A stretch of DNA of 64,000 bases from Azolla caroliniana (lineage: Eukaryota > Plantae > Polypodiophyta): positions 17,980,001 to 18,044,000 of the forward strand of contig JBHGNT010000006.1 of assembly GCA_043228905.1 (NCBI GenBank), in the 5' to 3' direction. Both the position numbers and the translations under genes were made by a program. How positions within the stretch are numbered: the stretch's first letter is position 1; every line of letters starts with the position of its first letter. Shown here one piece after another: positions 36,463 to 48,423 of the stretch. Below the pieces are notes generated by a model. That model ran no database searches. It had not been told where the DNA came from and saw only the letters and a list, made by a program, of their open reading frames with translations.

Positions 36463-39400
36463 TGGCTCGTTCCTCCCTATCCTAGAGTGCTGAACTTCGC
36501 AAAATTTTGCGAGACAAAATTTCACAACATATATGGTCTGTCGCTCGAGGGTATTGACCCTACTATTCTAACATATAGATTGATTAGTGATGTAGACTGG
36601 ATGTCAGTATATAAAGTGCCTAGAGTGAAAGGCAATGTCAAGCTCAAGCATTTACGACCGGACCTGTACAACGACTGGATGAGATTGCACCAGAAAGTAC
36701 ATCAAGAGATCCCGGTCAACAACAAGTTGTCCTTTTGATTTGCCAGAGCTTTTGCATACGAGTATTGCAAAACAACAAAGGAATCTCGTGACCCTGAAAT
36801 GTGCAGGGTAGCTTGGGCAATTTATGGTGCGGCATCGGTAGAAAGATGTCATAAGATGGGGAGCTTGCAACAAAAAATGGCAAGATTTTGGAGCATGGTA
36901 GTTGATGATGCAACTACCGACTCCCAACAAACCCGCAAGTATACGCCAAACCGACACACAATGAAAGCCAATGTCGATGATACAGGTGAGACATTGATTA
37001 GCTATATGCTAAAAACTGTCCATGAAGCCTGTAAGACATTGGAGTTTTTTAAGATTATTTAGAGAAAGCAACATTGGCTGCTGCGATGGAGAGGAAAGTC
37101 ACTTTGGCAGTTACAACAATCAAAAATAAGATTCCGGTACGTATTGTTTTGCTAGTATCTAATATGTTATAAATAACTTGTACATTAAAATGTGCTACTG
37201 AGGCATTATCTGGAACAGGTTGCTCAACATGAACTTGAAATTGAGGGGTCATTGGATCCCCAACGAAAATTCAACTGCACACAGAGATCCAGGTTCTTTC
37301 AATGAACCTGGACCTTCTCGGTGTAAACATTGTCGTTGATTACAATTTGGAATAGCTACAAGTAAGTTAATGATTCTTGTTTCTTGTTGTTGTATCTTCC
37401 TCATTAAAGAATAATTAATCGGTAAATTTCTCGGCTACGTTGAAGGAACAATACTCCCGTCAAGAACAAGTAGTTAGCTGCCTTAAGAAGTAGCTACATT
37501 TTGCGGAGGGGATGGTAAGGAGGAGACAAGAATTCGATCTGAACATTCTTGCTCCCTTACCAAATGAAGGAGAACCAAGAAACAATATATTGATTGTTCA
37601 AGCACGTTGCATCACTTGTGGATTACGTGTAGAGGACACATCTGCTACTCTATTGGTTCACCTACAACCATGCCAACACACATACCATATCGTTTGTTTT
37701 CAATATGCCTATCACATTGTTGCATTCTGTTTGGGGGATTGTAGTACAGCTCTCCCAGATGAGTGGAGAAAACACATAGGTAAAATTGCTACTTGTGACC
37801 ATAGTGTATCTAATGTGTTCCATCTTTGCTAATTAGGTAAGTTGTATAAAGTGTGGAAACTATTTAGCTATTATGGTTGTAGTGTAGTAGCTAATTACCT
37901 AACATGTAGTGAATTAGCTAAGTCGTACCTAATTAGCTACTACCATACTTTAGCTCAGTAGCTAATTAGCTAAGTGGTAACTAATTAGCTACTATCATAG
38001 TTTACTACAACAGCTAGTTAGCTACTGCCATACTTCAACTGAGTAGCTAATTAACTACTACCATACTTCAGCTGAGTAGCTAATTAGCTAAGCGGAAGCT
38101 AATTAGCTACTACCATAGTTTAGTATAGTAGCTAATTAGCTAAATGGTAGCTAATTAGCTACTACCATACGTTAGTTGAGTAGCTAATTAGCTAAGTGGT
38201 AGCTAATAAGCTACTACCATGGTTTAATACATTAGCTAATGAGGTACTACTATAGTTTAGTACATTAGCTAATTAGCTAAGTGGTAGCGAATTACCTACT
38301 ACCATAGTTTAGTGCAGTAGCTAATTAACTACTACCATAGTTTAGTGTAGTAGCTAATTAGCTACTACCACAGTTTAGTACAGTAGCTAATTAGCTCAGT
38401 GGTAGCTAATTAGCTACTAGCATACATTAGCTGAGTAGCTAATTAGCTATCACTTAGCTAATTAGCTACTACCATAGTTTAATACCATAGCTAATTAGCT
38501 ACTACCATAGTTTAGTACAATAGCTAATTAGCTAAGTGGTAGATAATTAGCTACTACCATAGTTTAGTACAGTAGCTAATTAGCTACTACCATAGTTTAG
38601 CAAAGTAGCTAATTATGTAAGTGGTAACTAATTAGCTACTACCATAGTTTAGCAGAGTAGCTAATTATGTAAGTGGTAGCTAATTACCTACTACCATAGT
38701 TTAGTACAGTAGCTAATTAGCTACTACCATACATTAGCTGAATAGCTAATTAGCTACCACTTAGCTAAGTAGGTACTACCATAGTTTAGTACAATACCTA
38801 ATTAGCTAAGTGGGAGCTAATTAGCTACTACCATACATTAGCTGAATAGCTAATTAGCTACCACTTAGCTAAGTAGGTACTACCATAGTTTAGTACAATA
38901 CCTAATTAGCTAAGTGGGAGCTAATTAGCTACTACCATACTTTAGTTATAATGGCTAATTAGCTAGTACCATACTTTAGTATAGTAGCTAATTAGCTACT
39001 ACCATGGTTTAGTAGAGTAGCTAATTAGCTACTACCATGGTTTAGTACAGTAGCTAATTAACTACTAGCATGGTTTAGTAGAGTAGCTAATTAGCTAAGT
39101 GGTAGCTAATTAGCTACTACCATAGTTTAGTACAATAACTAATTAGCTAAGTGGTAGCTAATTAGCTACTACCATAGTTTAGTACAATAGCTAATTAGCT
39201 ATGTGGTAGCTAAGTAGAGACTACCATAGTTTAATACAATAGCTAGTTAGCTAAGTGGTAGCTAATTAGCTACTACCATAGTTTAGTACAGTAGCTAATT
39301 AGCTACTACCATACTTTAGTTATAGTGGCAAACTAGCTAGTACCATACTTTAGTTGAGTAACAAATTAGCTAGTACCATACCTAAGGGAAGTAGCTAATT

Positions 39401-41150
39401 AGCTCATTGGTAGCTAATTAGCTATTGTCATAGTCTAGAAGAATAGCTAGTTAGCTAGGATGTAACTAATTAGCGACCATGTTGTTGTAGAATCTTGTGG
39501 ATTAAGGAGGGCACATGAGCTGTCTGGTGTTGATGACATTGCAACCGATGAGGAGATAGTTGCCAACGTGGTTGAAAGTAAGAGTCCTGCTATCACATCT
39601 CCTTCAGATCAGCTCCATCCTATTCTTTTGGAAGATGGTAATGAATTAGGCAACAATGTGAAAAGCCATGAAATATTGGAAACAACATGTAAAGTTGAGG
39701 TTCACAACAATAGTGTTTTTGAAAACTTGATGCAACATTTCTTCGAATCCCAAAACCTTGATTTCACGCCATTGAGCCCAACTACTAATAATGGCCAAAC
39801 AGATTCCACTGTACTGGAAAGGTTGTCGGAGGAGGACACACCTGCACAATGGGTCAAAGAAACAAGGCTAAATGGGCAACCGGCCTGAAAAAGGCTGAAG
39901 AAGGGGCCATGATCGGGGACAAGACCAGTTACTCAGTCAAGGGGCTCTTGAATTGGAGCAAAATACTTAGAAGTGGGATATGATTGTTAGCGATTTTCCT
40001 AGGGTTTTATGAAGTTTTACTATGATCTATTTGGACAAGTAAAACCTCAGATTGGTTGTTGCTTGATCCACATTATCTAATGGAACTCTATGCTGTTTCT
40101 CCAAGATAATTATGTTCATGTTTCTATGATGGAAAATATTTCATGTTCATTATGTTGTTTTGTGAGACTGTTAGTTACTTTGTGAGTGTGAATATGTTGG
40201 TGTTTTCTGATGTTGCAGAGTCTAAAGGGTTTGAATCTATTGCTCGTAAGGCCGATGGCAGTGTGGAAATTGTTGATTTTGCTACGTGTTTAGAGGGCCA
40301 CATCTTGAAAGTAGATGTAGTAACTGACACAAATGATTTGGTCACGCAAGTTGATCAAGCATGTTGCACAAATGATCTGATTTTGCAGGTAGATGCAACA
40401 TGTGATACGAGTGGCCTGATATCGACCAGATCAGTATCTACATGCACTGAACCAATGACTAAGTCGACAACACAAGAGCACCAGAATGTGAAGCCAGGAC
40501 CAACACAATCGACTAGGGGTTTGAAGAGGAAAAGGACACCAATTGTGCCGACAGAACCTGAGTTGATTGAAATTGATCGTGTGCAACCAGTAATTGGTTT
40601 AACAGAGGCTCAATTACAGGAATGGAAACCTAAACCATTAGAAGTCGAAAGAAGAGCCTTGATCTTGGAGCTTGATAAAGTCCTGATGAGTGTGCGATAT
40701 ATGACACCAAGGAGGGACGCAAATCAATTTCTGGAGTGGGTTGTGCAATATTTTGATTTGTTTATTTGCAGTGAAAAACCACGTACATATGTGTGGAAGT
40801 GTGTAGAAAGATTCTTCCCGAAGTGGCGACAACTTTTCAAGGGTCAGTGGACACGAGAGAATTGTGAGAAGAATGATGTTGCAAGATTCAAAAGAATTTT
40901 TTATTTTTGGGACACTTGGCTAGATTATAATGTCGACAATACGTTGATTCTGGATACTGAACATTTCCGACATTACTTCAACATTTGCAAATGTTGTCTC
41001 ATTCTACCCGATGAAATGCCTAAACACTATTTGGTGAAAACATTGTGTTGCCAACTAGCTACATGGTTGTGAACTCCATACCAAGCTCGGTATGCAAATC
41101 ATATATGTAGAGAAGTTCCACTGACTAGCCAGAGCTTAGCTGTTTATAGA
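36463..41150 (+). pseudogene. Spliced cargo gene: unknown N-terminal domain, RING-H2 finger, acidic linker, FCP1/NIF-like HAD phosphatase-like domain
   Basis: CITC-x17-CQHTYHIVC-x9-CLGDC in 37512-37779. The GT(37780)..AG(39490) intron joins it in frame to ORF 39568. ALILELDKVL...PRRDANQFLEW...WTRENC...YNVDNTLILD in 40143-41072. A few stops; other exon joins are uncertain. Confidence 0.62.
37860..39478. repeat. AGCT-palindrome satellite (TAGCTAATTAGCTA / CTACCATAGTTTAG / AGTGG modules)
   Basis: Dozens of TAGCTAATTAGCTA palindromes; lies inside the predicted intron 37780-39490. Confidence 0.92.
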
Positions 41151-41499
41151 TGATTTCAAGACATTGGCAATGGGATGTTATAAATATGTAATTTGCTACC
41201 ACTTAATCAATGAAGAATTAAATTGCTTGTTTTGACTAACTTATCTACTATGTAATTTTAAGAGTATGTTTAGGATTGTTGATTTCATGATAGTGTTTTT
41301 TCTTAAAATTATGCAAATGATTTTAAGTTGTACATGGTTCACTTGAGTAAATTTGTATCTCAGAAAGAAGAACCCTAAATGATATTATTAAACTGTATAT
41401 CAGAAAGAAGACTGTATATAAAAATGACACACGATTTTGTTGAGAAAGAAGCACAAAAATGATAATGTATATGAAAAAAAAAAACTCTCAAATAGGTCC

Positions 41500-44086
41500 A
41501 TTAAACTGTTTATTTGCAATACACGTGCTTTGTTTGTTTTACAAGAAAATTGGTAATTGCTACCTATAGCTACAAATTCCATGGCATATTGTTGTAAATA
41601 CATTCATACACATTAGCACTAACTGTGTATAAACCTGAGGAGCTATTGTATTGCGACATTGGGACATTGATGCACCTGACCAAATGAGAGTACATGTACG
41701 CCACTGGTTTGTCTTCCAATAGCCTATACACATAATCGTAATCATCTAGTCTTGCATAAAAAATACCTTCGATGTAGAATGTCCTGGTAGATACAACATT
41801 TCCCCAAGCATCTAATATATTCTACGTTGCACATTGTTTACTAACCGTGCACTTCAATATATAGAAATCAACACCCTCTGAATTGCCGTCTTTTGCATTT
41901 ACATCGAAATTATCCCCAACATTTAACACATCACTAAGAGTATCTCCACGTCCTTGATATGTCAAGTCAGCATTCTTTTCTGTTTCTCCATCAACTGCTT
42001 CCTTATCGTTCAATGTATGATACTCCCAATTCTGAATATATGCTTTGTTTAAACAATACCTCCAATTTCCCGGCACACAATGGACGCAAAAAATAAGTTA
42101 ATTCTCTAACCGCAATACAATTACCATCCAATCAGAATAACAACGAACAACCTAGAGATATCACAATTCGGGAATTCCTTGGTGCTCCCAGGTTTTCTCC
42201 CTATTTACTTCATCTATCTTCACTTCCCAAAATTCACGTTTGATATCTTGGACCCGTGAGGAATAAACACCCATTGCACTCGTTGACATATTAGCTCTTA
42301 AAAATTCAATTACATGTGTTGCACAATTCATCTGCACACCATCTGCCTTTCGTTATTCATGGGTAAGTGCCCGCTTCATAACAATACCTGCACCATCATG
42401 TTCACTTTTAGCTACTACCATAGTTTAGTACAGTAGCTAATTAGCTACTACCATACTTTAGTTGAGTAGCTAATTAGCTAAGTGGTAGCTAAATAGTTTA
42501 GTACAGTAGCTAATTAGCTACTACCATACTTTAGTTGACTAGCTAATTAGCTAAGTGGTAGCTAATTCGCTACTACCATAGTTTAATACAATAGTTAATT
42601 AGCTAAATGTTAGCTAATTAGATACTACCATAGTTTAATATAGTAACTAATTAGCTAAGTAGTAGCTAAGTAGCTACTACCATACTTTAGCTAAGTCGCT
42701 AATTAGCTAACAGGTAGCTAATTAGCTACTACCATACTTAAGCTGAGTAGCTAATTAGCTAAGTTGTAGCTAATTAGCTACTACCATACTTTAGCTGAGT
42801 AGCTAATTAGCTAAATGGTAGCTAATTAACTACTACCATACTTCAACCTAGTAGTTAATTAGCTAAGTGGTAGCTAATTAGCTACTACCATACTTTAGCT
42901 GAGTAGTTAATTAGCTAAGTGTTAGCTAATTAGCTATTACTATACTTTAGTATTAGTGGCTAATTAGCTATTTCTATACTTTAGCTAAGTCACTAATTAG
43001 CTAAGTGGTAGCTAATTAACGACTACCATACTTCAGCTGAGTAGCTAATTATCTACCACTTAGCTAATTAGCTACTACCATACTTTAGCCAATTTTGGTA
43101 GCTAATTAGCTATTGTTATAGGTAGCTAATTAGGTATTGTGGTAGCTAAATAGCTATGAATGGTAGCTAATTAGTTATTCTGGTAGCTAAATAGCTATGT
43201 TCGATATACTTAGGGAGCTAATTAGCTATTTTGGTAGCTAATTAGCTATTGTTGGTAGCTAGTTAGCTATGGGCATATTCTGAGGTAGGTAATTAGCTCT
43301 TCGGGTATGGTCATATTTAGAGGTAGCTAATAAGTTAACTAGCTAAGCTCAAAAGTCAAAACAAATGTTGAGATAAATGTAAATACTTGAGGTACATCAA
43401 GAAGATGAGTGGGATGCACCTAGTATTGACTCCTTCCAACACGTTTCCTGCATAAATCCTTCTTATTGGGTGAAACCCTACTCTCATTAGTCCAAAATAT
43501 TGTGATTATATCCTTGATTTCGTATGTTATGGGTGTCATTGTCTTACATCTTGTTGTTAGCTTTAGCAGACTAGCTCCTTCACCTAAGGAAACTATTCGG
43601 TTCAATGTATTATACACACTTTTTCTACTAACACCAATTACCTTAGATAGCACATTGATGTTAATATCCTCAACATCACTATTAAGTAACATCATTAGAC
43701 TAGACCTTTTTAAGACAAGATCATCTTTTGACCTGCTCATGGATACGAAACTATTACGGAGATGATGGATCATTTAATATTCCATAAAGTACTACCTTCT
43801 TGTCTTCATTGCTGATGTGCTTGGTTTGAACATTGAAATAGTCTACAACCTTTCTCTCTATGATAGTAGTCTCATTACTTCCATTCTCAGTGATATTTAG
43901 ACCTATATCCCAACTAATACTATCTTTACCTTTAGTGAGTGTGGCTTTCGTATCCTTCAACAATTGACGATGTTTTCTTTTCTTTTCTGCCCAATACTTT
44001 CGTATCGCTTCTTGTGTCCTGATAGCGTCATCCCTATCCTGGTGATCATTGAGGGGTAATTCTAAACACCCTCCTTCCCCTTCCAT
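41500..44086 (-). pseudogene. Sola2-like transposase remnant, most of the catalytic core deleted
   Basis: N-terminal part 44086-43387 (FWTNESRVSPNKKD...HLLDVPQ, then GT donor); resumes at ~42409 with KSEHDGAGIVMKRAL, similar to the Sola2 HGKG-x-x-DG-x-G..KR motif; C-terminal VGDNF...DFYILKC. Confidence 0.68.
42408..43348. repeat. Second AGCT-palindrome satellite block
   Basis: Same modules as 37860-39478; lies in the transposase intron/deletion region. Confidence 0.92.
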
Positions 44087-44149
44087 TTGGCTTGACGGGT
44101 TTAAACCCTATTTTTCCCGAAAAAATGACACGTATTAAAGATGGCTATG

Positions 44150-44975
44150 GGCAACAACAATACACAAAAATATTCCGTAATACACAAGCTTATACATAAC
44201 AATACACAAGATTATCCACAACAATACACAAGATAATCAATAGACAGAATAGTTATTCAAATCCAAGACCGAACAATGGCGGTAATCCAGGGCCGAATAG
44301 TGGCGACAACTGAGGGTAGAATGGCGGCAGTGGAGGAGTGAAGTTCGTTTGATCGAACAGTTTTGACAATCCAGGACCGAACAATGGCGGCAACTAAGTG
44401 TAGAATGATGGCAATGGAGGAGTGAATACCGTCGGATCGAACAGTGGCAGATGATGCTTGGAACGCACAGTGACAACAATTGAGAGTACAATGGCGGCAG
44501 TGGAGAAGGAGTGAACTCCCTCAGATCGAAAAGTGGCAACAATCCACGACCGAATAGTAGCGGAAACTAAGTGTAGAATGATGGCAATGGATGAGTGAAC
44601 TCCGTCAAATCAAAAAGTGGCAACAATCCAGGACCGGTCACCGAATAGTAGCGGCAAATGAGTGTAGAATGATGGCAATGGAGGAGTGACCTCCGTCAGA
44701 ACAAACAGTGGCAGATGATGCTTGGAACGCACAATGATGGCAACTGAGAGTAGAATGGTGGCAGTGAAGAAGGAGTTAACTCTGTCAGATCGAAAGTGGC
44801 AGCAATATACGACCTTCATAGTCGCGGCAATTGAGTGTACAGTAGCGGCAATGGAGGAGTGAACTCCGTCGGATCGAACAGTGGTAGATGATACTTGGAC
44901 CACACAATGCCGGTAACTGAGTGTAGCATGGAGACAATGGAGGAGTGGACTCAATAGGGTTCAGCAACAGTGGTA
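44150..44975. repeat. Degenerate tandem repeats upstream of the transposase
   Basis: Short ACAATACACAAG units followed by recurring CGAACAGTGGC / GTAGAATGGCGGCAGTGGAGGAGTGAA units. Confidence 0.7.
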
Positions 44976-45464
44976 GTAATCTAAGCCAGAATACTCAACC
45001 AAAGATGGCCCACGTTGTCGTGAAAATCCGTCACTATGTGCGGATCGTGAGACGGAACCGCCGGGGTTTTGGGCTAGAAGGATTTAGAGCAACATCCGTC
45101 ACTATGTGCGGATCGTGAGACAAGTGGGAGAGACAAATCATTAGTTTATTGCAAAAGAAAATCGATTCTTTATAATTTCAAAATCGTGTTACAATGGGTT
45201 GGGTATGGAAATGAGAGATTAATTTTTCAAAGAAAGGAGCCAACAACCATGCAAGGACTGGTCCGATATGAATAGGAGAGATAATTTTTAACCAGAAAGA
45301 TCGATTAAACAAAGCTAGGAGTTTGATATCAATATGTGAGATAATTTGTTTCTCGAATCCGAGAGGGAAGAAGAAAGAAGGGGAAAAAAAAAACTAGGAG
45401 GTAAAAAATGGGACATATATCGAGCTCCTCGTTGATCCTCCTCCCCAATGTTACTTTGCATGCC

Positions 45465-45568
45465 CACTTTTAGTTGGATGGCCTCTAATTTTAGTTGCAT
45501 GGCCTCTACTTTTAGTTGCATGCTTCCATTTTTAGATGCATGCCTTTTACTTTTAGTTGCATGGCCTT
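45465..45568. repeat. ~20-21-bp TTTTAGTTGCATG minisatellite
   Basis: About five copies. Confidence 0.75.
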
Positions 45569-47320
45569 GGCTTTTCGTTGCATGCGATTGTCCGTATAAT
45601 TCGGCCAAATGACACAATCATCCATAAAGTTTAGCCCGTGCGCAATCCATACGTGCATCGCAACCAAACCGTAGACGCGTCCGCGCGTAAAAGTCCCGAC
45701 CGCGTAGTAGTGTACGCATCCACGCATGCGCGCATCCCGACCGCGCCGTAGTGTACGCATACACGCGAGCGCGCGTCCAACCCACACCGTGTATGCATCC
45801 GCGTGCAAAAGTCTCAACCGCGCCGTAGTGTACGCATCCACGCATGCACACGTGCACACACACGTGTCCGCCCGCTCGTCCGCACATGGCTTTTCGTTGC
45901 ATGCGATTGTCCGTATAATTCGGCCAAATAACACAATCATCCATAAAGTTTAGCCCGTGCGCAATCCGTATGTGCATCGCAACCAAACCGTAGACGCGTC
46001 CGCGCGTAAAAGTCCCGACCGCGTAGTACTGTACGCATCCACGCATGCGCACATCCCGACCGCGCCGTACTGTACGCATCCACGCGCGCGCGCGTCCAAC
46101 CCACACCGTGTACGCATCCGCGTGCAAAAGTCTCGACCGCGCCGTAGTGTACGCATCCACGCATGCACACGTGCACACACACGCGTCCGCCCGCTCGTCC
46201 GCACATGGCTTTTCGTTGCATGCGATTGTCCGTATAATTCAGCCAAATGACACAATCATCCATAAAGTTTAGCCCGTGCGCAATCCGTACGTGCATTGCA
46301 ACCAAACCGTAGACGCGTCCGCGCGTAAAAGTCCCGACCGCGTAGTACTGTACGCATCCACGCATCCCGACTGCGCCGTAGTGTACGCATCCACGCATGC
46401 ACACGTGCACACACACGCGTCCACCCGCTCGTCCGCACATGGCTTTTCATTGCATGCGATTGTCCGTATAATTCGGCCAAATGACACAATCATCCATAAA
46501 GTTTAGCCCGTGCGCAATCCGTACGTGCATCACAACCAAACCGTAGACGCGTCCGCGCGTAAAAGTCCCGACCGCGTAGTACTGTACACATCCACGCATG
46601 CACGCATCCCGACCGCGCCGTAGTGTACGCATCCACGCGCGCGCGCGTCCAACCCACACCGTGTACGCATCCGCATGCAAAAGTCTCGACCGCGCCGTAG
46701 TGTACGCATCCACGCATGCACACGTGCACACACACGCGTCCGCCCGCTCGTCCGCACATGGCTTTTCGTTGCATGCGACTGTCCGTATAATTCGGCCAAA
46801 TGACACAATCATCCATAAAGTTTAGCCCATGCGCAATCTGTACGTGCATCGCAACCAAACCGTAGACGCGTCAGCGCGTAAAAGTCCCGACCGCGTAGTA
46901 CTATACGCATCCACGCATGCGCGCATCCCGACCACGCCGTAGTGTACGCATCCACGCACACGCGCGTCCAACCTGCACCGTGTACACATCCGCGTGCAAA
47001 AGTCTCGACCGCGCCGTAGTGTACGCATCCACGCATGCACACGTGCACACACACGCGTCCGCCCGCTCGTCCGCACATGGCTTTTCATTGCATGCGATTG
47101 TCCGTATAATTCGGCCAAATGACACAATCATCCATAAAGTTTAGCCCGTGCGCAATCCGTACGTGCATCACAACCAAACCGTAGACGCGTCCGCGCGTAA
47201 AAGTCGCGACCGCATAGTACTGTACACATCCACGCATGCGCGCATCCCGACCGCGCCGTAGTGTACGCATCCACGCATGCACACGTGCACACACACGCGT
47301 CCGCCCGCCCCTCCGCACAT
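45569..47320. repeat. 319-bp CpG-rich tandem array (six units)
   Basis: Unit starts at 45569, 45888, 46207, 46441, 46760 and 47079 (spacings 319, 319, 234, 319, 319; last unit ~240). Confidence 0.95.
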
Positions 47321-48028
47321 ACGCATCCGTCCGGAACGTCCACGCGTATACATCCGAAGACATCCACGCGTGTGTACATCCGAAAACGTCCTCACAGCCA
47401 TGAACACGCGTGTATGCTTGAAGCGTGCACACCACATAGTGTAGCCCAAGTCACCTTGACCATTCTATGCTCCAAACATTGATAGAATGAATATGTTTTG
47501 GTTTCCCTTATATATTTTGGGTTCTAATGTTGTCCTATCTATGTGGGATATCTCACAGTTTTGTCTTTTCTTTTCTTTTCTTCAAACTTTACACTCACAT
47601 AACTTGATACTTGTTTATCCGTTTTATGCGTAGTAAAATACGCTATGAAGCTCTTGAACACATCTATCTTTCCATATCCATATATTAAGCTAATCGTAAA
47701 TAATTATTTTACTAGTTTTTATATCGTGTGTGAAAAACCACACGACAACGTGATGTGGCAAATGATCATGCATAATGGACCTAGGAATTTAGTATATAAT
47801 TTATGGTGCACATATCAATTTATGTTGCACGTTTATGTTGCACATTTATGGTGCTTATTTATATAATTAAAACTCTCTACTATTTTCAATGGTAGCTTTT
47901 TGCATAGCTAATTTATCAATGGTAGTTTTTTGCAAAAATAACTATTGATCAATGGTAGCTTTTTGCATAGCTAATAATTAGCTATGTCAAGGACATAGCT
48001 AGTTGTTTCCAGTCGCATGCTTTCACCC

Positions 48029-48419
48029 AAGTTCAAATAATATAACACGTAGATTATATTTTTATTATGTTGTGAGTATTGGCTCAATGGTAGAGATTGA
48101 CGCTTTCAGTTAAGGTTCTGGGTTTGAGTCCTCTCTAGTGCATGTAATACAATTCTTTTCCTTTCTATAGCCGTTCTATATAATGTACTATATTATATTA
48201 TTTATATATTTATGAATGTTTGCTAATTGGTAACATGTGAGGCTCATAAGGTGGAGGTTATTAGTTCAAGTCCTCTCTTGTCCTCATAATATAATGTTTT
48301 ACTTTATTCACCTATATAATGTATAATATTATATAAAACACTGTCAACATTCTTTTTATTTTAGTTATGTATTTATCTTATTGTAAACTTTTAATGTGAA
48401 GCTTTCATACTTCATGACA
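48029..48419 (-). repeat. 5' LTR of Gypsy-D, outer (U3) part
   Basis: Matches ~24634-24951 and ends ...CTTCATGACA. Confidence 0.88.
48073..48285 (+). other. Two degenerate tRNA/SINE-head-like modules with Pol III A and B boxes inside the Gypsy-D LTR
   Basis: TGGCTCAATGG(48080)...GGTTTGAGTCC(48121) and TTGCTAATTGG(48220)...CTCATAA...AGTTCAAGTCC(48263); the second module is also present at ~24745-24817. Confidence 0.5.
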
Positions 48420-48423
48420 ACAC

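Larger units (their letters stand above)
35586..48028. mobile_element. 12.4-kb TIR DNA transposon, Sola2-like, internally deleted and carrying cargo
   Basis: Imperfect ~28-bp TIRs (GGGTAAAAGCATGCGAGTGAAAACA / TGTTTCCAGTCGCATGCTTTCACCC); 4-bp TSD AAGT at 35582-35585 and 48029-48032; the uninterrupted site is visible in the other Gypsy-D LTR; transposase remnant with K(S)EHDGAG..MKRAL. Confidence 0.82.
23978..48419 (-). mobile_element. Ty3/gypsy Gypsy-D (distinct lineage, tRNA-Trp PBS)
   Basis: 3' LTR 23978-24951; 5' LTR 34940-48419 split by a DNA transposon; PPT; gag-PR-RT-RH-IN order. Flanks ACGT/ACAC fit a mutated 4-bp TSD ACGC that restores the Gypsy-A frame (ctc acg ccg gta tac). Confidence 0.88.

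Noticed and set aside
36700-36850. VAWA motif in the cargo N-terminal domain resembling VDWA of the Gypsy extra ORF
   Set aside because: Too short to support homology without a profile search.
45512-47482. Many Cys/Val/His/Arg-rich ORFs on both strands
   Set aside because: Translation artefacts of the 319-bp tandem repeat.
48073-48285. Functional tRNA genes
   Set aside because: Acceptor and anticodon stems do not pair properly; kept only as tRNA-like modules.
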